Shown: positions 31,048 to 42,155 of the stretch, piece after piece | Layout of the letters: every line of letters starts with the position of its first letter | How positions within the stretch are numbered: the first letter of the stretch is position 1 | From: an uncultured Bacilli bacterium | GTDB lineage: Bacteria > Bacillota_I > Bacilli_A > RF39 > UBA660 | Assembly: GCA_944371525.1 (NCBI GenBank) | Contig: CALVXP010000001.1 | Coordinates: 24,860-88,859, forward strand | DNA: 64,000 nt | Direction: 5' to 3' | Translations under genes and position numbers: made by a program | Notes under the pieces: generated by a model | The model's database searches: none | The model's input: only the letters and a program-made list of their open reading frames with translations | What the model was told of the DNA's origin: nothing

Positions 31048-32679
31048 TTAATCTTCACCCATTTGATTCATTATTTGTGGTAACATTTGTTTTTTTCTAG
31101 AAACCAATTTATTAACAAAAATTAATTGTTCTACTTTTGGTAAATCAAATGATAATTTTAAAATTTCTTCTGCTCTATCACTATATATTATGTATGACCC
31201 ATTTTTTAATATATCTGTTACAAACAAAGTTACAAAATAAAAATTATTTCTTTCACATACATCGTTAAGTAAAGTTATATATTCATCTATGTCTTTTGAA
31301 ATTTCTTCTATATTAGTTGTTATTATTTGACCTAATCCGATTTTCTTATTATCTACTGTATAAGTCTTAAAATCTGTATACAATATTTCTTCTATTGTTT
31401 TTCCTTTTAATGATGTACCCGCTGTTATCATATCATATCCATATTGATTATAATCAACATTGGCAATTTCACTTAATTTTTTTACTATTTCTCTATCTAG
31501 TTCTGTTGTAGTTGGAGAAGTCAAAATTAATGTATCTGATAAAATTCCTGATAACATTAATCCTGCCATATCTTTTGGAATATCTATGTTGTTTTCTTTG
31601 TATAAAGTATATATTATAGTATTTGTACTACCTACGGGCATATTTCTAAAATTAATCGGCATATTTGTACCTATTGTTCCTATATTGTGATGATCTATTA
31701 TTTCTAGTATATTAGCATCTTCAAGACCAATGGCGCTTTGCTCATAGGAATTATGGTCTACTAAAATTACATTTTTCTTATTATCATATCCTACATCAGA
31801 AAATCTAAGTATACCCATACATTTTTCATTTTTTCCAAGTACTGGATAATAACTATATCTTGTTTTATTAGCTATCTTTATAAAATTGTTTATATCTTCG
31901 TTTTCATCTATACACAACACTTTCCTATCATTCAATATAGTTGTGACATTATTACACAAACTAAATAATTTAATAGTTTCTAATGTTGAATATTCAGTAA
32001 ATATAATGTTTACATTATTTTCTTTTGCTAATTCAATGTGTTCTTCTTTTATTTCTCTTCCGCCCGTCACTATAATTAACTTTACACCATTTTTTATTGC
32101 ATATTCTATTATACTATGACGATCTCCTACTATTAAAATGTCACTATTATTTAACTTAATTTCCTCTATAAATGTAGTACTTCTATAACCAGCTACTAAT
32201 AAATTACCTTTAATTTCATCATTATATCTAAGTATTTCTTTCCCTTTTATTGCATCTATTATATTGTCATATGAAGTGTCCACTAAATTATAGTTCCCCT
32301 CAAATTGTGCTTTAGCAATATCCTTCATACCAATTATACCTAACATTTGTTTTTTACTATCTACTACCGGTATTTTACTAATTCCTGCCTTTTGCATTTT
32401 ATAATATGATGTAAAAATTGATTCACCCTCATTAATTGTATAATTTTTTGTATACTTTAAATCTTTTACTTTTATATTTACATCATTTAAAAACATTGGT
32501 TCAGGTACATTAAAATAATTTAGAGCATATTTTGATTCTAAATTTATCGAACTTAATACAGCTGGTATTGTGTTAAGACCTAATTTATTTTTTAAATATG
32601 ACAATGTTATTGCTGCTGTTACGCTATCCGTATCTGGATTTCTATGTCCAAATATGTATATCTCATCTTTTTTTTGCAT
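31048..32679 (-). CDS. ppaC: CBS-domain-containing family II (Mn-dependent) inorganic pyrophosphatase
   Basis: DHH N-terminus (HRNPDTDS), inserted CBS pair, DHHA2 C-terminus. Confidence 0.75.
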   Translation of the reverse strand: MQKKDEIYIFGHRNPDTDSVTAAITLSYLKNKLGLNTIPAVLSSINLESKYALNYFNVPEPMFLNDVNIKVKDLKYTKNYTINEGESIFTSYYKMQKAGISKIPVVDSKKQMLGIIGMKDIAKAQFEGNYNLVDTSYDNIIDAIKGKEILRYNDEIKGNLLVAGYRSTTFIEEIKLNNSDILIVGDRHSIIEYAIKNGVKLIIVTGGREIKEEHIELAKENNVNIIFTEYSTLETIKLFSLCNNVTTILNDRKVLCIDENEDINNFIKIANKTRYSYYPVLGKNEKCMGILRFSDVGYDNKKNVILVDHNSYEQSAIGLEDANILEIIDHHNIGTIGTNMPINFRNMPVGSTNTIIYTLYKENNIDIPKDMAGLMLSGILSDTLILTSPTTTELDREIVKKLSEIANVDYNQYGYDMITAGTSLKGKTIEEILYTDFKTYTVDNKKIGLGQIITTNIEEISKDIDEYITLLNDVCERNNFYFVTLFVTDILKNGSYIIYSDRAEEILKLSFDLPKVEQLIFVNKLVSRKKQMLPQIMNQMGED

Positions 32680-32821
32680 ACTTCCACTTCCATTTCTATA
32701 AGGGTATTATAACATTGTTATATTACATTGTAAATAATTATGCATTCAATTTTATTTAAGATTATTGTCAAATTATGTCGAAAATGTTATAATAAGTAAA
32801 ATAGAAAAGGTGGTAAATTTA

Positions 32822-34168
32822 ATGGCAAATGATTCAAATAATAATTTAAACAAAAAAGTTATAAAGAGAAGAAAAATTAGTTATCAAAAAGTCTTTTCTT
32901 TTATAAGCGCTGGTTTTATAATTGGATGTTGTATATTTTATGGAACCAGATTTTTAACATTATACTTAGATAATAAAAAAGAACAAATAAAATTAGAAGA
33001 TACTTTATCACAAGCTATTAAAGAGAATAACAATTTAAAAGAAATTAATGGAGATTATTACTTTCAAAATGATGTAGATAATAATTATGTAATGTATTCT
33101 AATATATTATGGAGAATAATAAAAGTTAATAATGATAACACCATAAAATTAATCAGTAATGATGTGATAACATATTTATCATATGGGCAAAATGATTATG
33201 AAAATTCTTATATGAATACATGGTTAAATAAAACTGATGATGATAATACAGGGATACTAGAAAATTTGCTTAACACTCCATATAATTATTTAACAAATGA
33301 CAGTATTTGCAAAGATAACATTAGCGATACTAAACACATAACATGTGATAAAATTAGTGATACAGATTTGATTGGAACTTTATCCGTATTTGATTATGTA
33401 AATGCTGGGGGAAAGGATTCTTATTTAAATATCAATAAATATTATTACTTATCTACATTAGATAGTAATAATAATATATGGTATGTTAATGATAATGGCA
33501 ATGTTTCTAGTGCAGATGGAAGTGATATTTATGGTATAAGACCTACAATTACATTAAAAAGCAATAGCAAAAGTCTTAGTGGAAATGGTACTGCTAATAA
33601 TCCTTATATAATAGATGAAAATTATTTATTTGGTAGTTATGTAAAACTAGGAGACGATATTTGGAGAGTTTACGATATTGATGAAGATAACATTAAACTA
33701 TCTTTAAATGATTATTTGAAAGAAGATGGAGAAGATTTTTTATATAAATATTCTACTAATGGATATTATCATAATGATACAAAAAAAGGATCTCTTGCAT
33801 ATTACCTAAACAATACATATTTAAATAGTTTATCATATAAAAACAGTATAATTAACATTAAATGGTCAAACGGAATTTATGGTTCTAGTAATGATTACAA
33901 TTATAAAGACACATTAAATACAAAAGTAGATACAAAAGTTACTGTTCTTAGTATTGGAAATGTTATACTAAATGGAGAATTATCAGATTACTACTTATCA
34001 ACCGGAATTTCTGAATCCAGTTCATTAGTATATACGGTAAAAGATAACGGTACATTATATGGAAAAAGTTCTACTAGCGAAGCTAGAGTTGTACCAACAA
34101 TAAGTATTGATAAAAATGTTTTAACAAAAGGAAATGGTACTATTAATAGTCCTTATGAAATGGAGTAA
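32822..34168 (+). CDS. Type II membrane-anchored extracellular protein with two domains, each ending in a GNGTxNxPY motif
   Basis: Start moved to MANDS (AAAGGTGG RBS). TM helix, then repeats ...GNGTANNPYIID and ...GNGTINSPYEME. Confidence 0.45.
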   Translation: MANDSNNNLNKKVIKRRKISYQKVFSFISAGFIIGCCIFYGTRFLTLYLDNKKEQIKLEDTLSQAIKENNNLKEINGDYYFQNDVDNNYVMYSNILWRIIKVNNDNTIKLISNDVITYLSYGQNDYENSYMNTWLNKTDDDNTGILENLLNTPYNYLTNDSICKDNISDTKHITCDKISDTDLIGTLSVFDYVNAGGKDSYLNINKYYYLSTLDSNNNIWYVNDNGNVSSADGSDIYGIRPTITLKSNSKSLSGNGTANNPYIIDENYLFGSYVKLGDDIWRVYDIDEDNIKLSLNDYLKEDGEDFLYKYSTNGYYHNDTKKGSLAYYLNNTYLNSLSYKNSIINIKWSNGIYGSSNDYNYKDTLNTKVDTKVTVLSIGNVILNGELSDYYLSTGISESSSLVYTVKDNGTLYGKSSTSEARVVPTISIDKNVLTKGNGTINSPYEME

Positions 34169-34171
34169 GTT

Positions 34172-35209
34172 ATGAAAGAAAAGAAAAATAAAAAGAAAAA
34201 AAAGATATATAAATCCACAATAGTGTTCATAATTTTAGATATAATTGTAGCTGCATGTTTCTTTATTACTTATGGACCTTATGACAAATTAAGAAACCTT
34301 TATGTCACAACTGCAATGAAAACTATGAACCATCAATATTTTGCTAAAATATTCTATAGCGATGCAACTATTGAAAAAATTATGGCGTCAAATTATTTTG
34401 TTGAAATAAATGAAGACTCTGACTTAGATGAATTAGTTATTGATACATCAGAACGTGATCATTATGACAATGAATATCAAGAAGAATTATTAACTAGGGA
34501 TCCAGGAAATGACTTATACAAAATAATTGACTTAAAGGTTGGTAGTAGTAATGGCTATTTAGTAGCTATTTACCAACCAGAAAAAGTAAAATTAATTTCA
34601 AGCAAACAATTTAACGCAGGAACATACGGAGAAAGAATTTTAACGATGTGCGAAAGATATGGTGGAGTTGTTTGTATTAATGGTGGCGGTTTTGTTGATA
34701 ACGGAATGGGATCTGATATACCAATAGGATATGTAATAAAAGATGGAGAAATTGTATGGCCTGCTGATGGAAATAGTGATGCAAGAGGAAATTTAGTAGG
34801 AATGACAGCAGATGGTAAACTTAAATTAATGAGTAATGCTAATGGACAAGAAGCATTAGATGCTGGCGTTATTGATGCAATGGAATTTGGCCCTTTCCTT
34901 ATCGTTAATGGTAAATCACTAGAAATTACTGGTGATCCTTGGGGTAAAGCACCAAGAGTAGCTATTGGTCAAACAAAAGAAGGTGTATTATTATTCTTAG
35001 TTGTTGATGGTGAAAACTATATAAATGGTGCTTCACTTAGGGATATGGTAGAAATATTTGAAAGATATGGAGCAATTAATGCTGCCAACTTAGATGGTGG
35101 ACAATCATCTTCATTAGTAATTAATAACAAATTATATAACAATCCTCCAGCTGCTGCAAAAGCACAAGGTGGAAGATATGTTGTTACAGGATGGGGATTA
35201 ATCCCATAG
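34172..35209 (+). CDS. Phosphodiester glycosidase family protein (NAGPA-like), membrane-anchored
   Basis: CINGGGF...DGGQSSSL motifs. N-terminal TM helix. Confidence 0.7.
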   Translation: MKEKKNKKKKKIYKSTIVFIILDIIVAACFFITYGPYDKLRNLYVTTAMKTMNHQYFAKIFYSDATIEKIMASNYFVEINEDSDLDELVIDTSERDHYDNEYQEELLTRDPGNDLYKIIDLKVGSSNGYLVAIYQPEKVKLISSKQFNAGTYGERILTMCERYGGVVCINGGGFVDNGMGSDIPIGYVIKDGEIVWPADGNSDARGNLVGMTADGKLKLMSNANGQEALDAGVIDAMEFGPFLIVNGKSLEITGDPWGKAPRVAIGQTKEGVLLFLVVDGENYINGASLRDMVEIFERYGAINAANLDGGQSSSLVINNKLYNNPPAAAKAQGGRYVVTGWGLIP

Positions 35210-35210
35210 A

Positions 35211-35237
35211 AAAAAGACTTCATTTTGAAGTTTTTTC
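35211..35237. terminator. Bidirectional terminator between convergent genes
   Basis: aaaaaagacttca-ttt-tgaagtttttt. Confidence 0.55.
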
Positions 35238-35239
35238 TT

Positions 35240-37552
35240 TTATTTAGAATTATTTAATATGGTATCTATATTTATTTCTTTTTTATTATCTATAATAGTA
35301 TCTATTATTATATTTTCAATATTAGATACTATTATTTTATTTATTTTTCTTGCTCCAAACTCTTCATAATTACTTAAATTTATTATTTCCTTAATTACAT
35401 TATTTGATATATTAATTTTATATTTTGAATATTTGTTTTTTAACTTTAATAATTCATTTTTTATAATTTTTTTAATATTTTCTTCATTTAATCTATTAAA
35501 ATCAACTATTCCATCTATTCTATTAATAAAAGCTAAGTTAAATTCACTTTTTAATGATGATAAAATTTGATTTTCATGTTCAATATTAAATCCTACACTA
35601 TTATTTTCATATCCTATATTAGTGGTCATTATTATTATATTATTATTAAATTTTATTGTATTTCCTTTTGCATCTTTAATTTCTCCTTCATCTAATATTT
35701 GATATAATAAATTTATAATTTTAGGATGTGCTTTATCTATTTCATCTAATAAAATTACACTATTAGGTTTATTTCTAATTTCTTCTAAAATATTTTTATT
35801 ATCATCATATCCAACATATCCCGGGGCAGATCCAATAATTTTATTTACAGACATTGAATCTGAATATTCACTCATATCTAATCTAATAAAATTATTTTCT
35901 CCAACTAATTCTTTAGCATATATTTTAGCAAGGAAACTTTTTCCTACTCCCGAAGGTCCTACAAACATAAGCGAATAAACTTTATTATCTTTATATCCAA
36001 GTTTAATTCTTTTAGTAATATTTACTAATTTATTAATTGCATTTTCTTGTCCAATAATATTATTTGTTAATTTATTTTCTATGTTTTTAATTGTTTTTGC
36101 ATTATCTTGTAATATTTCATAAACCGGTATTTTTGTCTTAATGTTAATAATATTAGCAACATCTTTGATTGTCACTTCTTTATATTCTGTTCTTTCATTA
36201 TTATTTAATTGAAGTTCATTAATTTTTGACAATATTTCTTTTTCTTCTTTTCGATATTCATATGCTTTTTCTAAATTATTTTCTATAATAAAATCATTCT
36301 TTAATCTACCTAATTTCTTTAATCTTTCATTCAATACATCAATTTCACTTTTATTAATATTACTTTGTATACTTACTTTAGCACATACTTCATCTAGTAC
36401 ATCAATAGATTTATCTGGTTCATTTCGATCATATATATATTTCTCGGTTAAATTTAATATTTCATCTATCAAAAAATCAGATATTTTTACTTTATGATAT
36501 TTCTCATATATAGGTCTTAACTTTAATAATATATTTTTAGTTTTTTCTTTAGAAGGAGATTCTACTATTATTTTCTGAAATCTTCTTTCTAGAGCACCAT
36601 CTTTTTCTATAAATTTTTTATATTCAGAAATAGTTGTAGCCCCAATACATTTTATTTTTCCTCTTGCTAAAGCAGGTTTTAATATATTTGAGGCATCTAT
36701 TGCTCCTTCGGCTCCACCGGCTCCTACTAATGTATGTATTTCGTCAATAAATAAAATTATATCTCCATCTTCTTCAATTTCTTTTAATACTTTTTTTATT
36801 CTTTCTTCAAATTCTCCTCGATATTTTGTTCCTGAGACAGCAGAAGCCATATCTAAGGATATTACTTTTTTATTTTTTAAAGTTTCCGGAACTCTATTAG
36901 ATACAATTAAATTACATAATTCCTCTACTATTGCTGTTTTACCTACCCCTGGTTCACCTATTAATATAGGATTATTTTTAGTTCTTCTACATAATATTTC
37001 AAGTACCCTACCAACTTCTTCTTCTCTTCCAATAACTGGATCTAATTCATTATTTTTAGCTTTATCAGTTAAATTAACTCCTAATTCTTCTATCAATAAC
37101 TTTTTATTTCTTTTATTTCGTACTTTTTTATTTTTTTTAGATATAAAATATTCATAAATATCATCCATATCTACATTCATTTTAATAAATATTCTAATTG
37201 CTATTCCTTCACCCTCTTCAATTAATGATGAAAATAAATTTTCAATTCCAACCTCACCATTTGAATTATCTTTGCTATCAATGATAGCATTTTCTATTAT
37301 TTTCTTTAAAAGCGGTGTATATAAGAATAATTCTGTTTCCTTAATGCCTTGACCTATTATATTTATAATTTCAGTTTTAAATGAATCATAATTGACACCA
37401 TAATCATTTAACTTATTAGAAATTATATTTTTTTCTTTTAATATTGACAATACCAAATGTTCTGTACCAACATAAGGATGTTTTAAATCTTTCATCTCTT
37501 CTTTTGCATTGTTTAAAATAATTTGTGCTTCTTCGCTAAAATTACCTAACAT
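35240..37552 (-). CDS. clpC: Clp ATPase, ClpC-like (Clp_N, D1, M-domain, D2, VGF ClpP-binding loop)
   Basis: Walker A GEPGVGKTA and GPSGVGKS. VGF tripeptide. 770 aa. Confidence 0.8.
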   Translation of the reverse strand: MLGNFSEEAQIILNNAKEEMKDLKHPYVGTEHLVLSILKEKNIISNKLNDYGVNYDSFKTEIINIIGQGIKETELFLYTPLLKKIIENAIIDSKDNSNGEVGIENLFSSLIEEGEGIAIRIFIKMNVDMDDIYEYFISKKNKKVRNKRNKKLLIEELGVNLTDKAKNNELDPVIGREEEVGRVLEILCRRTKNNPILIGEPGVGKTAIVEELCNLIVSNRVPETLKNKKVISLDMASAVSGTKYRGEFEERIKKVLKEIEEDGDIILFIDEIHTLVGAGGAEGAIDASNILKPALARGKIKCIGATTISEYKKFIEKDGALERRFQKIIVESPSKEKTKNILLKLRPIYEKYHKVKISDFLIDEILNLTEKYIYDRNEPDKSIDVLDEVCAKVSIQSNINKSEIDVLNERLKKLGRLKNDFIIENNLEKAYEYRKEEKEILSKINELQLNNNERTEYKEVTIKDVANIINIKTKIPVYEILQDNAKTIKNIENKLTNNIIGQENAINKLVNITKRIKLGYKDNKVYSLMFVGPSGVGKSFLAKIYAKELVGENNFIRLDMSEYSDSMSVNKIIGSAPGYVGYDDNKNILEEIRNKPNSVILLDEIDKAHPKIINLLYQILDEGEIKDAKGNTIKFNNNIIIMTTNIGYENNSVGFNIEHENQILSSLKSEFNLAFINRIDGIVDFNRLNEENIKKIIKNELLKLKNKYSKYKINISNNVIKEIINLSNYEEFGARKINKIIVSNIENIIIDTIIDNKKEINIDTILNNSK

Positions 37553-37612
37553 TTTATACCCCTTTCTTTATATCCTATGAATATTATGTATAACTTTTGC
37601 TAGTTTTAAACA

Positions 37613-37636
37613 CACACAACAAAAAAAGATAATTTT
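37613..37636 (-). terminator. Intrinsic terminator after the T4CP-like gene
   Basis: agataat-tttc-attatct followed by U7 on the minus strand. Confidence 0.5.
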
Positions 37637-37643
37637 CATTATC

Positions 37644-39677
37644 TTAATCATCTGCAAAAAAGTCATCAAAGAAAGCATCATCACTAGTTCCATCTTCATA
37701 TATATTATCAGTTGGATCTGCTTTATCTTCTTCTTGAACCCTAGCTTGTACTTCTTTTTCTTTCTTTTCTTCTTCCTCAAGTTCTGCTATTTTAGCATCT
37801 ATTCTTTTAACTAAATCATCTACATTAAATCCCGAATCACTTGAATTGCTAGAAGAGCCAAATGAAGGTAATCCACCCATACCACCAAATGGTGAACCTC
37901 CTAATGAACTTCCTCCAAACATTGATGACATATCTGGTCCAGACAACATTTCATTCATTTTTTCTTTTTTCTTTGCTTTTACAAATTCTCTTATTTCAAA
38001 TAATTCAACCGATCTTCTTTCCCTAGTAGGAAATACAGCTTTACCATAAGTTTTTCCCCAATCCATCTTAAAATTAGGTACTAATTTTGTTTTAAAAGGC
38101 ATCATCCTAAGTCGCATAGTTATAATTTCAAACTGACTTAATCTTTGTAAATCACTTACTGTAACAAGTGGTGTAGATGCAGTTTTATCTTTCTCTTTTG
38201 ATTTTACTTCACCACACATTTTACTTATTTCCTCTAATGCTGCTAATTCGTTACTTATTAGATACATTATATTACAGTTACCTTTTATAGTTTCTGCATT
38301 ATCTTTACCATATACTTGTGTTAATTGCGCATAGTTTTGAATGATAAAGTTAAATCTAATCAATCTACTTCTTGCCGCTGTTACCATTGTTGTAACATCT
38401 TTTAATGGTGGCATATTAGCAAACTCATCCAATATAAAGTTTGTTCTATAAGGAAGTTTTCCTCCACTTTCTTGAGCTACATCAATCAAAGTTTCATAAC
38501 ATTGTTTAATAAAAATTGTAGCAAGAGGATGCAGTGTCTTCTTTTCATCTTGAATTATCATAAATACTGCTGTCTTCTTTCTTCCAATATCTTTCATATC
38601 AAAATCACTATAACTTAACATTTCAGATAAATTTTCACGAGAAGAAAATATTTTAATTTTTTGTTTAAAAGTTGATAAAATACCACCTTTTGTTTCTTCT
38701 GGCGCATATACGGTACCTGAAGCATTAATATATGCTGGTTTAGAAGGATCTTTTCCATTAAAATATTCTTTGATATAGTTACTATTTGGACCTCCAAATC
38801 TTTCTTCACCAATTGTAGCCATTAAATTTATACTATTTAAATTTATTTGATTTTCTGTTCCATCTTCAAAAAGTCCAAGTGAAAGTCCGGAGAAATAGTC
38901 CGCTCCTGATTTTTCCCAGAAAGGATCAGCATTTCCACTCTTTTCTTCATACAATATATTTAAAGCTAAATCATCCAGTAATTCTATTGCTTTATCCATA
39001 TTTCCTTCTTTATATAAGTTATAAGGAAGCGTCATCGGGTTCCATGCATTACCCTTCTGAGGATCACGGAAATTAAGAACAACTATATTGTATCCTCTTT
39101 CTCTAAGCATCTCTGCCGTATTTTCATATATTTCACCTTTAGGATCTGTTATAATCATTGATTCTTCGTGTTTAGCTAAACTTTGAACAAGTGGGAATAC
39201 AACAATTTGTGTTTTACCCGAACCTGTGGCACCCACTATTAAATTGTGCATTTCACCATCGTCTACCCACATCTTATGTCCATCATTTATAACAACAAGA
39301 CCTGCAGCATCTGCTGAATATGCTTTAGGATCAACTTCTTTCAAAGTTTTCTTCATTTCTCCATCTTTACACCATCTTGAATATCCCTTATCTTTCTTCT
39401 TTGTGGAAAATCCAAATCCCTTTTCTCTATCAAAAAAATAAGAACCTACTGCTGTAAAAATACCTACTAACGCTAATAAAAACAAAGTTAATGTCGCACC
39501 AATAAAATCAGGTGTAAAAGCTTTAAAAGGAACAATTCCATATACTTTTCCTTCGGTAGCCAAAGAATTAGCATTTAATACACCAATTGCACACATATAT
39601 AATAAAAATATACAAAATCCACAAAAAATTGCTATATCTTTTGGTTCTGCTCTAAATTTCATACTATTCCTCCTCAT
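37644..39677 (-). CDS. VirD4/TraG-family type IV coupling protein-like ATPase (orphan), with Gly/Ser-rich and acidic FFDDFFADD C-terminal tail
   Basis: Two N-terminal TM helices. Walker A LIVGATGSGKT. Walker B ILDEFANM. T4CP-like all-alpha insertion. Confidence 0.7.
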   Translation of the reverse strand: MRRNSMKFRAEPKDIAIFCGFCIFLLYMCAIGVLNANSLATEGKVYGIVPFKAFTPDFIGATLTLFLLALVGIFTAVGSYFFDREKGFGFSTKKKDKGYSRWCKDGEMKKTLKEVDPKAYSADAAGLVVINDGHKMWVDDGEMHNLIVGATGSGKTQIVVFPLVQSLAKHEESMIITDPKGEIYENTAEMLRERGYNIVVLNFRDPQKGNAWNPMTLPYNLYKEGNMDKAIELLDDLALNILYEEKSGNADPFWEKSGADYFSGLSLGLFEDGTENQINLNSINLMATIGEERFGGPNSNYIKEYFNGKDPSKPAYINASGTVYAPEETKGGILSTFKQKIKIFSSRENLSEMLSYSDFDMKDIGRKKTAVFMIIQDEKKTLHPLATIFIKQCYETLIDVAQESGGKLPYRTNFILDEFANMPPLKDVTTMVTAARSRLIRFNFIIQNYAQLTQVYGKDNAETIKGNCNIMYLISNELAALEEISKMCGEVKSKEKDKTASTPLVTVSDLQRLSQFEIITMRLRMMPFKTKLVPNFKMDWGKTYGKAVFPTRERRSVELFEIREFVKAKKKEKMNEMLSGPDMSSMFGGSSLGGSPFGGMGGLPSFGSSSNSSDSGFNVDDLVKRIDAKIAELEEEEKKEKEVQARVQEEDKADPTDNIYEDGTSDDAFFDDFFADD

Positions 39678-39876
39678 AATAAATCATTTTAATTATAACA
39701 CATTAAGTAAAATGTATCAATTATTTTTGTTTTATCTAGTAGATTATTTTCTTTTATGATATTATTAAAATAAGGAGATGTTTTATGAATGATTTTTTTG
39801 TTAATGAGGAAATAAAAAAATTTATTTTTAAGTATAAAAAATTTATGACTAAAGATATATATATATAACAAACAAG

Positions 39877-42155
39877 ATGTACTATACATTTTTAAAAAAA
39901 TATAAATACTTATATACTTATATTCATTATAATGATAACAATTATAATTTTTTAAGAAACATTATTATTAACCAAAAACAACTAATTAAAAGACACAACT
40001 CTAATTATATTAATCGCAAACTAATAGAACATAAAGAATATTTTGATAATATGTTTAAAAATATTGATGAAAATATTTTACTTGATGATAATCAACGAAA
40101 AGCAATTATTTGCGAGGAAAATAATCTCTTAGTAATCGCAGAGAAGCAGGTTCTGGGAAAACTACTACAATGACTGCTAAAGTAAAATACTTAATAAATA
40201 AATGTAATTACAACGAAAAAGATATTGCTATTGTCTCTTTTACTAATAAAGAATGTGATGAAATTAAAGACAAATTACAAAATGGATTTGAATTAAATAA
40301 TATTGATGTGTATACATTTCATAAATTAGGTCTTATTTTACTAAGATCTTCTACTAATAAAAAATTAGACATTATTGAAACTAGTGGTCAATTTAAAATA
40401 TTCATAAATTATATAAAAAACATTTTATTTAAAAATAAAGAGAAATTTAATAATTTTTATAATGCATTTAACGATATATTAAATTTAAGTGATAATTTTA
40501 AAAATTTTAACAACTTTAAAGAATATCATGACTATTTATATAAAAGAAAATATACTAAAAATAATACTGATTTAAAAAAATATATTGAGGCTGAGGTTAA
40601 TAAAAGAAAAAACTATTATAAAACAATTAAAGGAGAAGTTGTAAAATCTAAAGAAGAAGTTGATATTGCCAATTTCTTATATTTAAATTCTATTGATTAT
40701 GAATACGAAAAAAGTATAAACAAAAATATTAAAAATAATAAAACTTATAAACCTGACTTTTATATCTATGAAAATGAATTGTTTAACTATGTAGAACATT
40801 TTGGTGGAGATGAATTAGAAAATAACAGTAGTTTTACCGAAAAAGAACTAAAAAATTATTTATCAACATTAAAACTAAAAAAAGAATATCATAAAAAATA
40901 TTTTGATAAAGATTTATTCATAATAAGTTATTCTAACAAAGATAGAAATAAAATTATTAATAACTTAAGAGAAGAAATAAAAAAACGAGGATATACTTTT
41001 AGAAAAAGAAATTTAAACGAAGTATATGAAACACTAAAAAATACTAGTGAAGATGTTTACTTTTATGATTTTATAAATAATCTATTAATACCATTTATTA
41101 GTTATTTTAAAGGAAGTAATAGAGATAAAAATAACTTTAAAGAATTATATAAACAAATACATGATAATAAACTTTTACTAAAACTTAAAGTTATTGAAGA
41201 TTTTTATAATTATTATGAAAATAAACTTAAAGAAAATAATTTAATTGATTTTGAAGATATGATCAACTTAACATATGAAAATATTAATAATATAAAAGAA
41301 AAAGATTTAGAAGTTAATTACAAATATATAATTATTGATGAATATCAAGATATATCAGTACAAAGATATAATTTAACTGCTAAAATTGCTAATTTATTTA
41401 AAGCTAAAATATTTGCAGTGGGAGATAATTATCAAACTATCTTTTCTTTCGCAGGTTCTAGAATTGATTTGTTTACTGAATTTAAAACATATATGAAAGA
41501 TGCAAGTGTAATACCAATTGAAAATACATATAGAAATTCTCAAGAATTGTTAGACCTAGCCAGAGACTTTATTAATAAAAATAAATGTCAAATTGAAAAA
41601 AGATTAAAGTCAAGTAAGCATTTGGATAAACCTGTAGAAATATTTACATATGATGATAGTAATGTATATGCAAGAGATACTAACAAATCTAAAGTAATTA
41701 ATGATATTATTATAAACGTCTATAAAAATAATTATAAAGATAAAATATTACTACTAGACAAATATAAAAAAGATATTGAATCTATTACCAACAATGATTA
41801 TTTTATTAAAAAAAATAAAGAAAAAATAATATGTAATAATTGTAAAGAAGCCAACATTACATATTTAACTATTCATTCTTCAAAAGGATTAGGATTTGAT
41901 CAATGTATTTTAATTAATTCCACTGATGATAAATATGGATTTCCTTCAAAAATTGAAGATGACCCATTAATAAAGTTAATTAAACCTAATAATGAAGAAA
42001 ATATATTATTTCCTGAAGAAAGAAGATTATTTTATGTTGCACTAACTAGAACTAAAAATAAATTATATATAGTTTGTCCTAAATCTAAAGTATCAACATT
42101 CGTAAAGGAAATTGCTTATAACAAAAATGTTTTAATACATAAGAATCCAGAATAA
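39877..42155 (+). pseudogene. UvrD/helicase IV-like SF1 helicase, frameshifted inside Walker A (about 40120-40140)
   Basis: Frame A carries LDDNQRKAI (Q motif) ...NLLVIA. Frame B continues AGSGKTTT, IIIDEYQD (motif II), VALTRTK (motif VI). Sequence gcagagaagcaggttctggg where gcaGGAgcaggttctggg is expected. Confidence 0.6.

Noticed and set aside
37553-37643. Looked for CtsR operator heptad repeats (GGTCAAA) upstream of the clpC-like gene.
   Set aside because: None present. The gene also lacks the ctsR-mcsA-mcsB context, so it may be a ClpC paralog with different regulation. No positive evidence either way.
37568-37780. Lys/Arg-rich 70-aa ORF (MRKKKRKKKKYK...) overlapping the T4CP-like gene's 3' end.
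   Set aside because: It arises from A-rich antisense sequence of the acidic tail coding region and is not credible as a gene.
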